Origin: Phoronis australis
Lineage: Eukaryota; Animalia; Phoronida
DNA length: 64,000 nt
Direction: 5' to 3'
NCBI GenBank assembly: GCA_002633005.1
Contig: NMRA01000049.1
Location: forward strand, 850,011-914,010
In this document: positions 50,268 through 62,557 of the stretch, in pieces
Position numbering within the stretch: position 1 is the first letter of the stretch
How the letters are laid out: each line of letters starts with the position of its first letter
Position numbers and translations under genes: made by a program
Notes under the pieces: model-generated
Told to the model about the DNA's origin: nothing
The model's input: the letters and a program-made list of their open reading frames with translations, nothing else
Database searches by the model: none

Positions 50268-51814
50268 TTTATGCCAATGTTCCCGTGTATTCTTTTACAA
50301 CAGCTAAAACAAGACCTTTGTCCATGCAGCCACAGATTTGTACATTCCTTGTGTCACAAGGACTTGTACAAGAAGATGCGAATAATAGGATCCATATAAG
50401 CAATAGTCTTTTCCGCACAATAGTTTCGACTAGTTTTTCGCTCACTAATCTAACATCCAAGCCCAAGCAAAGCACTCCACTCTGTTGTATTTGCACGTAC
50501 ACTGGTATTTATGAAGGCTTCCGACCAACGTAATTAGATCTACAAGTTTCTGATATCCTACTGCTTTCTGTATCTTTTGACTTTGAGCTTTGAAATTAGT
50601 AAATTACTGTAAGATACATGTCGATTTTGCTGACGGAACACCTGCACTGGCTTTCACCACGACACACTCTGAAGTTTTCCTCGATAGTCTGAAAATTAAT
50701 AACGGACTCTGTTAACGATATGTGCAATTGCGATTACTCAACCTAAAAAAGCGCCAATCATTCATTTGATGCGCTCACTGGCCATTCGTTATTTGCGGCG
50801 TTCAATTTCAGTACAAAATCGAGACTTCGTGGATACGCGTTTTCTACTTCATTGCCAAGATCGACAGCTCAGTCGTTTTAACCTCTTCTCACGAAGACGG
50901 AAATTACACCTTGACATAACACCAGACAATGAAAACAGTTCCGTAATATAATTAGGTTTAAAAAACCGTAAACGGTATAGATAAAATAAAGCAAAATGAA
51001 ATAAAATAAAACTACCGTCGGTAACATGTACTGAAATATATATATATATTTTACAGAAAGTCGTTTCTGACGCTTATTTACAACCACGCATTTACATGTA
51101 AAGCCCACGTTCAGTCGAAAACGCTAACGTTTGTTTTACAGCATTGCCAGCTACAAATCTGGTCTCAACGTATTATTTCTATGTTTTAAAAGAACTGGTT
51201 TTTCATTAACATTTGAGATGATGCTCAGCACGACCCGCCGTGGCAAGCCCACTCATTGAGTCTGGTCTCAAGCAAAAATAAACTGCCAATCCTTTCTCGT
51301 TCCAGATAATCTCCTCTCGTTTGATTACGGAGCAAGATGAGATACCAATTGTATAACTTGATGAAGGCCACTGATTTACGTTACCAAGAGTTTATTATGT
51401 TTATAACGCACAACACAAAAGAATTTATTATGTTTATGACGCACAATATAAAATCGTATGCAGTATAATTATCCTCAGAGTTAATACATGGTCGAGCCAT
51501 CCTGAAAAATTAACATTAACAACTAGTCTCACGATGAATAGAATCACCAACGTAGCGCTAAACAAAGTAAACGCAATCATACTAATGCTACAGTAAGTTA
51601 TTCAAAACATTTAACTTGCAAACTAACAATTTTTCCTGATAAAAACAAGACATTTTGCCCAAAACATTGGACGCGCCGGAACACGACGGTGGAAAATTAC
51701 CTGCTTACCAACATGGCCTTCTCGGAATGGTGAGGGTAAAGTGAGGAGCAACAAAGAAATGTTTTAAAAACTGCCAACCGTCTTTTGCATCATGTAGTTT
51801 TGAATCGGACTTAA

Positions 51815-52890
51815 AGGGATACTACAGTCGCCAAAAGTTAATTTCTCAGATCAGCCTCTGCGCGAGATCAAACCTGCAACCCCGTGTTAGTAGCTGAGTT
51901 AAATCCCGCTCAATAATAGGCAGAGTATTTTAAGCGTATTTAACCGGTGTACATGTAGTCACTTACCTCGATTTCATCTAGTGTCTGGCAGTCAACGGCG
52001 ATAATCAGTGTTTTGTGATGAAATAAAAAAGCAACGGATTTTATCGAAATCTCACAATAATCCCACGCGTTTTTCGGGAGTGAAAGCGATAATGTCCTTT
52101 TAAAATAATTATTTGGAACTACTGTAGACTCCGCATTGCTTAATCCCGAGTTTTGTCAAATATTTAAACTAAATAAGGTAATGAATGCTAAATATACAGG
52201 CAATAGTTTTCATTATCCTACGCAGCAGTTCTAACAGGCTACCCGAACAACCCGACTAAAGAACAAGGCTCGCAGAACTGTAAGGTCACCTCATTGACTA
52301 ACAGGCACGGCCCCGCACTCAGAAAACACGACTTACGCGCTCAAAAAAACAAAACTCACATGAGTTTTGCGGTCCGGGAGACGTGCTTGTTGAGTGCGTA
52401 AGACGTGTTTTGTGATTGCGGGGCAGTGTTTGTGAGACAGTGAACTCATTTTACAAGTCCTTGAGCTGTGGTGTTGTTTAAATCATCTGTGCACTCCTAA
52501 TGAAGGTTAGTATGACTACCTACAACACATAGTTATGCTCTCATCACCTCTTCGTAGAAGAAACACTACAAGAAAACAACTGTACCTGTGCGTTATCTCT
52601 TTCAATTAACGTACATGTATGATGTAAATTATTTTCCTAATATTTTGGAGCCAATATTGCAACAAAATTGCGGTGATTTAGGATTATACATATTGAAAAC
52701 TCATTTCGCAGTGAACATCGACGAAGCGCTGTTTTCAATGGACACAAGTACGAAATTGCGAAGTTTCAGTTAACGTTATATAAACCATGTTTCCATACGT
52801 TCGTGCCACCTTGAAACCAATTAACGCTTAACTAATCATCTGATATTGGTAGCGGAGGTTTCCAAGTCGTGTGTTTTGGCGACTGTTGAT
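51815..52890. mobile_element. Degenerate Kolobok-like element
   Basis: Left end TTAA|AGGGATACTACAGTCGCCAAAA; inverted TTTTGGCGACTGT at 52874-52886; right tip decayed. Confidence 0.4.
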
Positions 52891-55800
52891 CGAAATATAA
52901 ATGTAAACTTTAGAGATACTGTTATGTTGACGTTTTCCAAGATTGCAGCTTGACAGAGGGTTACATTGTCCGCACTACATACATACATGTATGTCCAAAG
53001 ATCAACAACGGTGCTATCTATGGCCCATCTTTGACAGAAATTCCTATTGCTTATCCCGTTATCAGTAACAGAATCATTTGATTTGACTTAATTCCGCATA
53101 TTAATTCACCACAACGAGAAAACACAAATCGCCTTGTTTGCATACACGTCAATAGATATCCCCAACAGAAAACACTTACAGATTATCACGAGACATCTAC
53201 TTTTGGTAATGTAATAATATCTGTCGTTTTACAAGAACTCAAACACGTGTAGTAACAGCAATGCACGACATAAAAGCGGCATTGGCTGAAAATAAATCCA
53301 ACTGTTTTTCAACCAGTTTTTCAACTAATTAACACAGCTAATTAAATTTGTTGGACCACGAAAATGTGTATGGCAATGAGACTGTAGGCGTGCTGCAATG
53401 GAGAAAGTGCCTGGTGTAAACAGTTATGACGACTCAAATAATCGTGCCTTTGAGCGACGCGACGCGATATAAATTGAACATTTTGATGATCTGTCAAAAC
53501 ATCAAAACGTCTCTTGAAGCGACAAAAAAGATTCATCATACAAACTCTTTAATCATTCTTTTAGCAACAACGAGAGCGTATTAGCGACCACAATGGACGA
53601 GCAATTGATGACGTTGTCACTTTGTATGATTTCCCGAATATAGTCGTGTTAAATGAAGCGACGTTTGTTTGTCAAAATCAATCTCACAACGCAGAAAAAT
53701 TGACAGTTATGTGACTTAGGTTGTCTACGTTAGACATCGTCATCAAGGTATCTGGGTGTGATTCTATGTACGATAAAGTATATGAATCTCGAGAACAGAA
53801 ACAATCTATTAGGGAGCTCATTGACAGGAAATGAGAACCAGTTTCATTTGTGGAATTTCAGTGTGAAGTTGTTTCGTGTTGCGTACACTGATTACGCATT
53901 TTGCTTCATACAATATCAGCTTCACAACAGGACCAAAACACAATACCAAAATGAAACGACACAAGCAAAACAATTTGTTACAATACAGGCACGGACCGCT
54001 TTTTGTAAAATCACTGTGATGCTGTGGGTTATACCCTATTCACATTTGCTGTACTCATCAAACGTCAACTTAATTTTTCACCCACAATTGCGCTACCTGG
54101 AAAATTTAAAAAACGGTAATTCAATGTATCTCCTATTTACAACTTTTTCAACTAAGTTCAATATTAAAAAGATATCTTCAACTAATACCCAGCAGAATTA
54201 GCGAATCTACAATACACGAAGCAATCCTACGCCGGGTGTCGTGGCGATCACTTTGACTGGTTTATTTCAACTTGAACTTGGCTCACCATACTCTAGAATT
54301 CTTAAAAAGGCTGGTTGCAGGCGCACCTGGTTTAAAAATTGGGTCTAACTTCATTAGCGCAATCGAGTAAAAATACAACGCACTATAAATCAATGTATAA
54401 TAGTCCAATCAAAACGAAATAGGAGTATATAAACATTCATTTCTAAGGATCGAATTCCTTAAGGGGAAATTATCGCTTTTACGGCTAAAACACGTTTTGG
54501 GAATTTTTGTTGGACGGGGTGGACTTCTGGAAACACGAAGATTTTCATTCGGAAGGGAATATGCTTTTAGCCTAATTTTTCATGTCACTTTTGGACGTTT
54601 CGATGACTGCTTTTTGAATAGTTTCTGTAGTTCTTTTTTTATTTTATGCTTAGTTATTCTAAGAAATTAGTATAGTAGAATATCAAGGGTTAGGGACTAT
54701 AAACTTGACAGATTTCAATAGTTCATTGCTCACTCAGCTGTGGGGGGCAATAAACATGATAATTACGCATGGTCTGGCAATGGAACTACTTTTAAGTGAA
54801 TAATGAGATGCCTTGAACGTCAACACACCATTCCTATATGAAACTTTTTCGGCGGCATTTAGTTTATAAGTACAGTTACAATACTTTTTCGACAAGTCTG
54901 TTTAGTTTACCCAATAAATACAGAATTAGATGGGTTAGGAAAAGCACAATCGAGTCGCATTATAACGTACCTGTCGTTTACAACGTTCAATCGCTCCAAT
55001 ATAATCTTCCTACAATTCGTTTTTAACGAACACGGATACAGAACTTGTAACACATGCGTGTTTTTGGATGGTATAACCAACAAATAACTATGTCGAGGTA
55101 GAACCGCCGTTCAGTATTGATCGTAATGTGGTGGACTTAAAATGTTCACGATAATTCTCGTGGAAAATAGATCGAATTTTGAAGCAAAAAGTTTCGGTAA
55201 ATTTTCAACAATTTTAGTGTCGTTTTTCGTCCGACTTCCTTTCGGATTTTCCCTGTAACTTCCGGCAAAAATCGTTGACTCTTGAAATTAACGTCGATTT
55301 TCATCGGGATTTTCGCTTTCCGGTCACCTGTCGCTCTCATTTTGAAACGGCAAAAAACGACGAAAATTTACAGTTCGCGCATGTGCTCACTGACACCAAC
55401 GAGAACGGATTACTTAGAATACTGTAGCACTGCGCAAATTAGACCGTTGCGGATTCATAAATTCGTGAAATTTGTTACTTTCTCAGGAATTTTAACTCGG
55501 GTTTACTGATATTCCACGCTAATTTCGGCGTATTTACTTTGAAATTATGAGTGTAAATTAAATTGTTAACGGATATAAAATTCAAAACAACGGAAACCGC
55601 TTTACCGCGTAGTAATACTAAAAGTTGATCTGACCGAAGCGACCTCAACTAAAACTTCATCGATATTTACGGGGAGGGCATTAACGGAGGTCAAAACTTT
55701 ATGAAGATTTCGAATTATCTATTAGTTTAAATCCATCAGAAGAGCAAAAAAGTGAAAATAGACGTGTTGTGAAATCGCATGTTACCGGCCAAATACAGGC

Positions 55801-56568
55801 ATATGATTTACTCAGGAATTTCGACCGACCCAAAAATGAAGGAAGGATTTTCGGGCCGGTCTATCACGACCAAAACAAGTTATGCGAACACTGAATATCT
55901 GAAGCTCACTTGTAAAGCAAGCTGATGAGTATTGTGGCACGCGACATAAACGCTCATATGTCGTACTTCTTTCATTTGTTTAGGTGGAATACCATAAAAA
56001 TAAAACATTGTAAGGAAGATGGTAACAAAGCTTAATATCAGAGACAGTCTTCCTGGTAGGACTAAGAAAACCCGCAGTTTAGTGTAGAGCAAATGTATCA
56101 AAAAACGCATAGAGTCCACACAAAACCACTTTTCTCAAACTGCCAAGTTGGAACACTCATCAAAATTGACCTCTTTGACCAACTTTCTCTTTCCTTGGCC
56201 AAGTTTTATCTCTTTGCCCACACTGCCTCCAGAAGTTGAGCCTCAGTAACATGGCTTGACCTGAGGGGTATATTTATATGCACCGCGTATGGTACAACGC
56301 AACAACTTGTCAGTCATTCTCTTGCACAAAAATCACTTCAAATCTCAACAAAAGCTGAAACCAGTTGTACCCGGTATAATGGAACGCGGAGGCGGTCCTG
56401 ATAACAGACAGGTAAACACCACCTTAAAGCATCAGTACTTGAGCATTTTCGTAATATTAATAGACATTTACATGTATTCTAGATAACTTTTGTAGTCAAA
56501 CAAACAAAAAAATCCTGACAAAAGCTTATAAATTGGATGATACATATTTAAATATCCGTAGAACTTAC

Positions 56569-56700
56569 TTTTCTCGCCGCTCCGCCTGTTGGAGTGACGT
56601 CACTGAGGAATGAGTGTCAGCACACTGCTCCTGAGCTAGTGTACAAAACCAAAGAAGAGATAAACAAGTGTCGTTTTAAGTCAAACGAGAAATGCTAGCG
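56569..56700 (-). promoter_or_regulatory. Candidate non-coding upstream exon/promoter of the GPCR, with CRE palindrome
   Basis: Minus-strand donor GAAAA|GTAAGT at 56569/56568; GC-rich patch; AGTGACGTCACT at 56593-56604. Candidate acceptor for the coding exon at 50688 (ttttcag). Confidence 0.35.
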
Positions 56701-58439
56701 GGAGTCCGTTTCGTAAATTTTGTATTCCAATCCACACGAATATTTCCAAAATTATAATTCAATCTCACTTCAGCAAATTATAATCTCTGTAACCTTGCTA
56801 CTTCATTAGATAACCTGTATAAATCATTGCTAAATTGAGACAAAGTGAGCTAACCATTGCATGGCAAAAACATTACACATTTAGAGTGACATGATAGCTG
56901 TGAAAAACGATTGTTTACATTCATCCCCGGTACAGATTTGAATCGCAAACTTTTGAGTACGGAACCAAATACTCTACTGACACGCTAAATCGCATTCCAT
57001 AAATGGCAGAGTATTTTTAAGCATATTTATTTGGTAAAGTCACAGGCAAATGTCAAGGTCAAGCAGACTTCAGCAAAAATTGGCAATTTGTATTAAATAA
57101 CAAAAAACACAACAAATTCCGTTGTTTTCAATAGCTCTCATATGGCAAAACTAGTCATTTCAAGAAGTTCATCCATCAATAAAAATCCTAAAAATGTGTT
57201 TTTTCATCAGTAAAAATAATGTCGCTTTATATTAAAGTTGGAGCGTAAGACAAAATTTCTAACTTAAGCCTAAGCTTGAAGTCGTTTCCTATGAATTAGA
57301 CTCTTGTCTGTATTCTCGAAATCGGCATTTTGTGTTTTACTTGTTTGTAAATTCATAATAAGTGTCTATCATTAGCTGTGCTCGAATTATGTTATAGTTT
57401 GCGTGGATTATTGTATATAATCCTAGTTTGCACGTGATGGCCCCAAGATTAAAACTCTAAGTTCGAGTATGAGCTTAAAATCTAGTTTTGTCTCGTGTTT
57501 ATAGCTCGAATCTAGGATTCAACATGCACGGGCTCGTATGCGTAAACCACAACGTATTTTGAACACAAACAGACATCTGTAGTGAGTTCTATCATAAACT
57601 ATAGTATATGGATCGCCAACTCCGTATACTTTCAATGGGCGAAATCTGTGATCTTAAAGAAGGCCTTACGTAATTATTCACTGGTGACACCTGGCCAAGT
57701 TGGCAAGTTTTACTTCCGGCAAGTACGTCGTCTGCTAATCATGGTCGGCTATTGTGTCATCACAATACACTAATCGGAAACTGAAACAGATAGGTTAGGA
57801 GAGTGGCGCCTCTTCTAGGATAGAAGGCAAGAAACTGTCGGAGTTGCGAATCTGTTGTCTGTAATCTATGGTTCTATCAAAAGTAAAACGGAAAACATGA
57901 AAAACAGTTTTCAGTTCAATCACAGGCCCTTTTGTCGAATAACAATAAGAAGTGATCACTGCTGGTTGTAGTTATGGGTCATCCCCAACCACATCAACAG
58001 CTCGGTAATTTTGTGACGTCACGCGAGACCGAAAGAGAACGAAACGATTTTCTGAATTTCTTTGCTAATAAATTAACATGCCCTGGGTTTATAATAACCA
58101 ATAACTAAGTTTCAGCATGGATACAAGATAATTATTCGCATATAGTCACTATTGGCACTGAGAAGTCAGCATTTCGTTGTTACGCCTCTTGTTAGGATAT
58201 TTGTCTAATACCCTAGCACTTGCACTGTATTTTACATATGTTTCCCAATACAAGATTTTTCCTACTTGGTTTACATTTTGTCTCTGCAAAACGTAACGGA
58301 AATTCAAGCATCATAATTGATCGTCTGACGTCACAAACCCTTGCCAGTTTCCCTCTTCATAACAAACCAATTATTTTGAAAGCCCGGAATTATTCCTTGC
58401 TTAATTGAAAGTTATTGAAATTCATCTATTAACCCTGAT

Positions 58440-59130
58440 CATAAACTGGCTTAAACGCTAGCGTTCTCGCGAGTAGAACTACTTTCGGCAAGAGCAAAAC
58501 GCCAGTAATGTGAACAGTTATAATTGTCTTTTGCAAGGGGTTTCAATTACTTCAAAACTGTTGGTGTTTTCGTTAGCACTGTTGTAACGAGACCAGTTAC
58601 GTCAAAAAACGCACATGCGCAGGTGTAACATGCCCTTATTTATCTTCACATCACTTAATTCATAGCAAAGAGTAAGATGTTTTGGCATTAATTTTCGTTT
58701 AAAAGTGATTGGGGTTATGAGAAAACAAACCGGTTGCTGCAAAAATGATCCCTTCGCTGGCAGCTCGTTTGCCTAGCCAAAAATCTAGCGTTTTCGTCAG
58801 TGTTATAGCCACACTAGCATTTTCGCTAGCCGTTTTCGCTAGGGATTTAGCCACGCTGACGTTTTCGCTAGCGTTATAGGCAGTAGAACTGCTAGCGGTT
58901 CAGCCACTCACTTGAACCTAAAAGGACACACATGCGCAAGGAAAATAGGCCCTTGTTTATTGCGCCATTAATCTTTTTATGGCTCAGGGTTAGAGTGTCT
59001 TGACATCAAATTTCTCTTAAAAACAATTCTGATGGCAAGGAAGCTGCTAGAGAAAACGACACCTTCGTGGACAGCTCGTCTGTCAGGCTAATATTTCAGC
59101 CAATTGAACTGCTGGCGTTTTCGCCATTCA
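58440..59130. repeat. Diverged repeat block with GCTAGCGTTTTC motifs and two ~315 bp related units
   Basis: Repeated (G)CTAGCGTTTTCG; units anchored by CACATGCGCA..GCCCTT.TTTAT at ~58612 and ~58929, and CAGCTCGT downstream in each. Confidence 0.55.
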
Positions 59131-60469
59131 GTTGTACTTAACTGTAAGGTACGTGTACATGTATTTAAGGCTGTAAACCCTCGATGCTTTTTGTGGTCAT
59201 TTAATTTGGAGATCCTCACGGTGCTTTGGGCTCCTGGCTTGCATAAGAGAAGAATGAGCTGCATGGAACTGAGTTGAATATCATCTCATAACCTAAGGCA
59301 TTACTTTGCGGTCAGACAGTGTTAGATGAAACTCGGACAGAAATGGTCGTGGTCATAGAGAGTGATGTTATTTCAGTAACTTATGGGTACATTTTTGTGG
59401 AATTCACTCAAATCGATTTTAGCTAAGTCATTTGCATTGTTTACATTAATTACCATTGTTTAATTTAAATTTTCTGGAATTAACATGGAAAATAATGTAA
59501 CTCATTGTTTCGTAGAAGCGAACGAGCTGTTGTAATATTCGAGAGTATTAACAAAGCCACCCATTACATTATTTGGGTTCATTTAGGCCGTGCAACTACT
59601 ACATGTAACGTTTGATTTGCAAAATTTAGACAAACTGTGTTCCAAGGAATGACTACCTTCTCCAACGTGTCCGTAAACAGTCATTTACAGACGGATTACG
59701 TGTCTTCGTACCACTAATACGCACCAAAATAGCCACTGCTGCTGTCTTGAATTACAATACACGCCCAGTTTTATACCTTGAAATGTAGCACACGCTGAGT
59801 TTTCCAAGAATAAAGTGTTCTTCAAAGGAATACCAAACATTTTTCCATCTCCATGCAAAATAATTTGTTTATCGATTCATTGCTATTTTCCTTGACATTA
59901 TCGAAGCACTCATTCACTCGTATATGAAGACGAGAATGTTGTTTATTCACAGAGCATTTTAGAAGAAAGGCGAGTTCAAGGAAGTGACACCGTTGGTCAA
60001 GTTATACCACCTTTCAATATTGAAGGCGCTTTGATTTAGATGTCTTAGTTTGTCTGTAAGCTGTGAATGGTGGTTTTATAAAACAAGCAAAACGAAATGT
60101 CGAGTATAAATATTGTAGTCGGAACGGGAAGAACCCATTGCCCGGTGCATGTAATAGTCCCAAATAGGGACTCAACTAAGTTCCCTTAATCTGATGCGTA
60201 TGGAAATGTGACCTTTGACCTCAAGCGATTTCAAGACACTGACTGCGAGCGCATGCGCGCATTCATCATAAGTGGGAGGGAGATTAGAAACTTTGTGGTA
60301 ACCACAGATTTTTTACTTCGCCCGTATTTCAAAAATCATGATATTTGTGAGTTTTTATGGAAATATTTTCACAGGGGAAGGCTAACTAATCTGCACTAGA
60401 CGTTACGAGATAGTACTTTGGACAGGAATTGTTTAAGGGATGTTTTTGACGAGATTTCGCGTTCCATGT

Positions 60470-60760
60470 CTTTTTAACCTTTTTGAAGGATCTTTGTAAC
60501 ATTTGAAAAATGTGTTACTATGGATCCGTGTGTTGAACTGATACAGATACCACTGCGATCCCTCGTAACAACGGGTTTTCTTACGTTTGCCTCTGTATCT
60601 TCGGATTTTATTGTATTTTCACGAAATTTGACGAAAAGGAGACGACACTGTTTTCTGCACGGCGTGGTGGTCATTTTTGTTATTTCGTGTCCGTTTTGTG
60701 GTGTCCACTTCCTCATCTTCCATGCCGCTTAAACGATAAATATGAGAATTTATAGGTGTG
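60470..60760 (-). mobile_element. Degenerate HINE-like core fragment
   Basis: Similar to 61810-62100 (AACCTTTTTGAAGGATCTT, CTGTATCTTCGGATT, CACGAAATTTG). Confidence 0.45.
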
Positions 60761-61739
60761 TTGAGACATAAGCGGATATACAGGGGGGTCAGGAGGCCGC
60801 AAAAATAAAGCAGGAAAAGCGTGAGGAAATGTTAAGTTTATTAATTAACCCCTATATTTAACATTATACGAAACAAGATTTAACGTGAGGCGTTTTAGTT
60901 TGTGTATGCATGTGGGGACTCAGAACCAATTTCAAGTGTCTGATTGAGACAACCGGCGCACTCGTATCGGTAGCTATGGCTAATTAATACCGCTCCCGGT
61001 TGATATGGCAGGCAACCGACAGTGGCGCTGCACACTACCACTCCGTTTCCGTCAGCTGCTCCATTGTGCAACAAAGACAATTATTTCATGTTTTCAAAGA
61101 AAACAGAAGCAGAATGACGATGAAGAAACATAAGCCGCTGGCGGCAAATAAAATTTAATCGAATCCTTAATGAATCACTCAGAAACTCATAATTCTGTCT
61201 TTTTCAAACATTAAATTTAAGACGATTTGCAAACTAAGCGCGTTTTCAATGCCAACACGAAAAATGGATTTGGTTCTTTGGTCAAGTGAAGACTGCTTTC
61301 AACACAACAACTTTTTTGCTGCCCATTAGTTGCACAAAAAATAAAGCGCGAAATAAACATCACCGAAAGAAGCAGGTTCGCGCGCGAACACTTTGGACCA
61401 TAAACAAGTACGTCTCTTAGCATGGCGGCGCAATAGAAGAGCAGGCGCGCTCTGATCAACAGGCTGTAGGTTGGGATACTCCCAATTTACGAATTTTCCA
61501 TTTTTAAATCTCCTGGCCAAAGTAGAGCCGTCAAGGGCTGATTATACTTGTTTTCAGAGGCAAAGACAAAATTTTCCCCAGGGCGGAGGGTGTAAGCCCC
61601 CCCTCTCCACTTGCCCCCATTCGGCGCTAATCGCCTCTACAGTCGCGCAAAACGCGATTGTCTACAAAAGAAAGTGTTAATTCCCCTTTATGATATCCTA
61701 GATCCGCCACTGTGAAAAGGTCATTACTGAAGTTGACTT

Positions 61740-62557
61740 TTGGACGGGTCTGATTACTGTGTCACCCCCTACTAGTGCTTTTGTTTTTCTTGTGTCCTGG
61801 ACCGAATCTTTTTAAACCTTTGAAGGATCTTCGTGAAATTTGAAAGATGTGTTCCTACATGTATGTAGCCGAAGACAAATGATAACAAATATCGAACTAA
61901 TCCAAATACTACTGTGACATCTAGTAGCAAAATGATTTTTATGTTTACATCTGTATCTTCGGAATTCATGAATGTATTTTCATGAAATTCGTCAAATAGA
62001 TTTCTATTAACGAGACGACAACGCCTCCTCATTTTTGGAACAGATTTGATGTTTTCTACGCCTTCTGGTGGCCATTTACAACATTCTTCGTATGTCTTTG
62101 ACGTCTGTCTCTCTATCTGCCAAACCACTTAGAAGACGTTAAGAAAATTGGCGATTGTATTCTTGATGCGAAAACACTGGCTCTGATATTGATTTTCGGA
62201 TGTGTTTGATTATTTTGGCCCTCCTTAGGGGACATTTTACTCTTTTGCTTCCACGACTCTATTTCCTTAACCCTTAGTGAATGATCTATGTGAACTTTGG
62301 CAGATGGGCTTCTTTTGAGACTAGTTTCCGACCAATCAGGCTATACATGTAGCTTGCCCCCTAGTGTCATTAATTGTTTTTACGCTTGCTTCAATACCTT
62401 AGGAGTTCCTTTACTTCTTCTCATGAAATTTGGCAAAGTAGTTGACAGAGACGGCACCAGCTTCTCAATCCGGATGGGGTTATCGAATTCTGCGCAATCT
62501 AATGGCCGTTTGCTCTGCTATGGTGGGCGCATTGAAACGCTCAAGGTTGTTCTTGTT
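61740..62557 (-). mobile_element. Degenerate HINE-like copy
   Basis: Core units plus terminus GTGGGCGCATTGAAACGCTC...TCTTGTT matching 17492-17526. Confidence 0.65.

Noticed and set aside
50269-50502. 77-aa ORF just upstream of the GPCR as a separate gene or N-terminal extension
   Set aside because: GTG start, different frame from the receptor and no domain; only its internal ATG uORF was kept.
53758-54201. 147-aa ORF
   Set aside because: Non-ATG start, AT-rich composition, no motifs or splice support.
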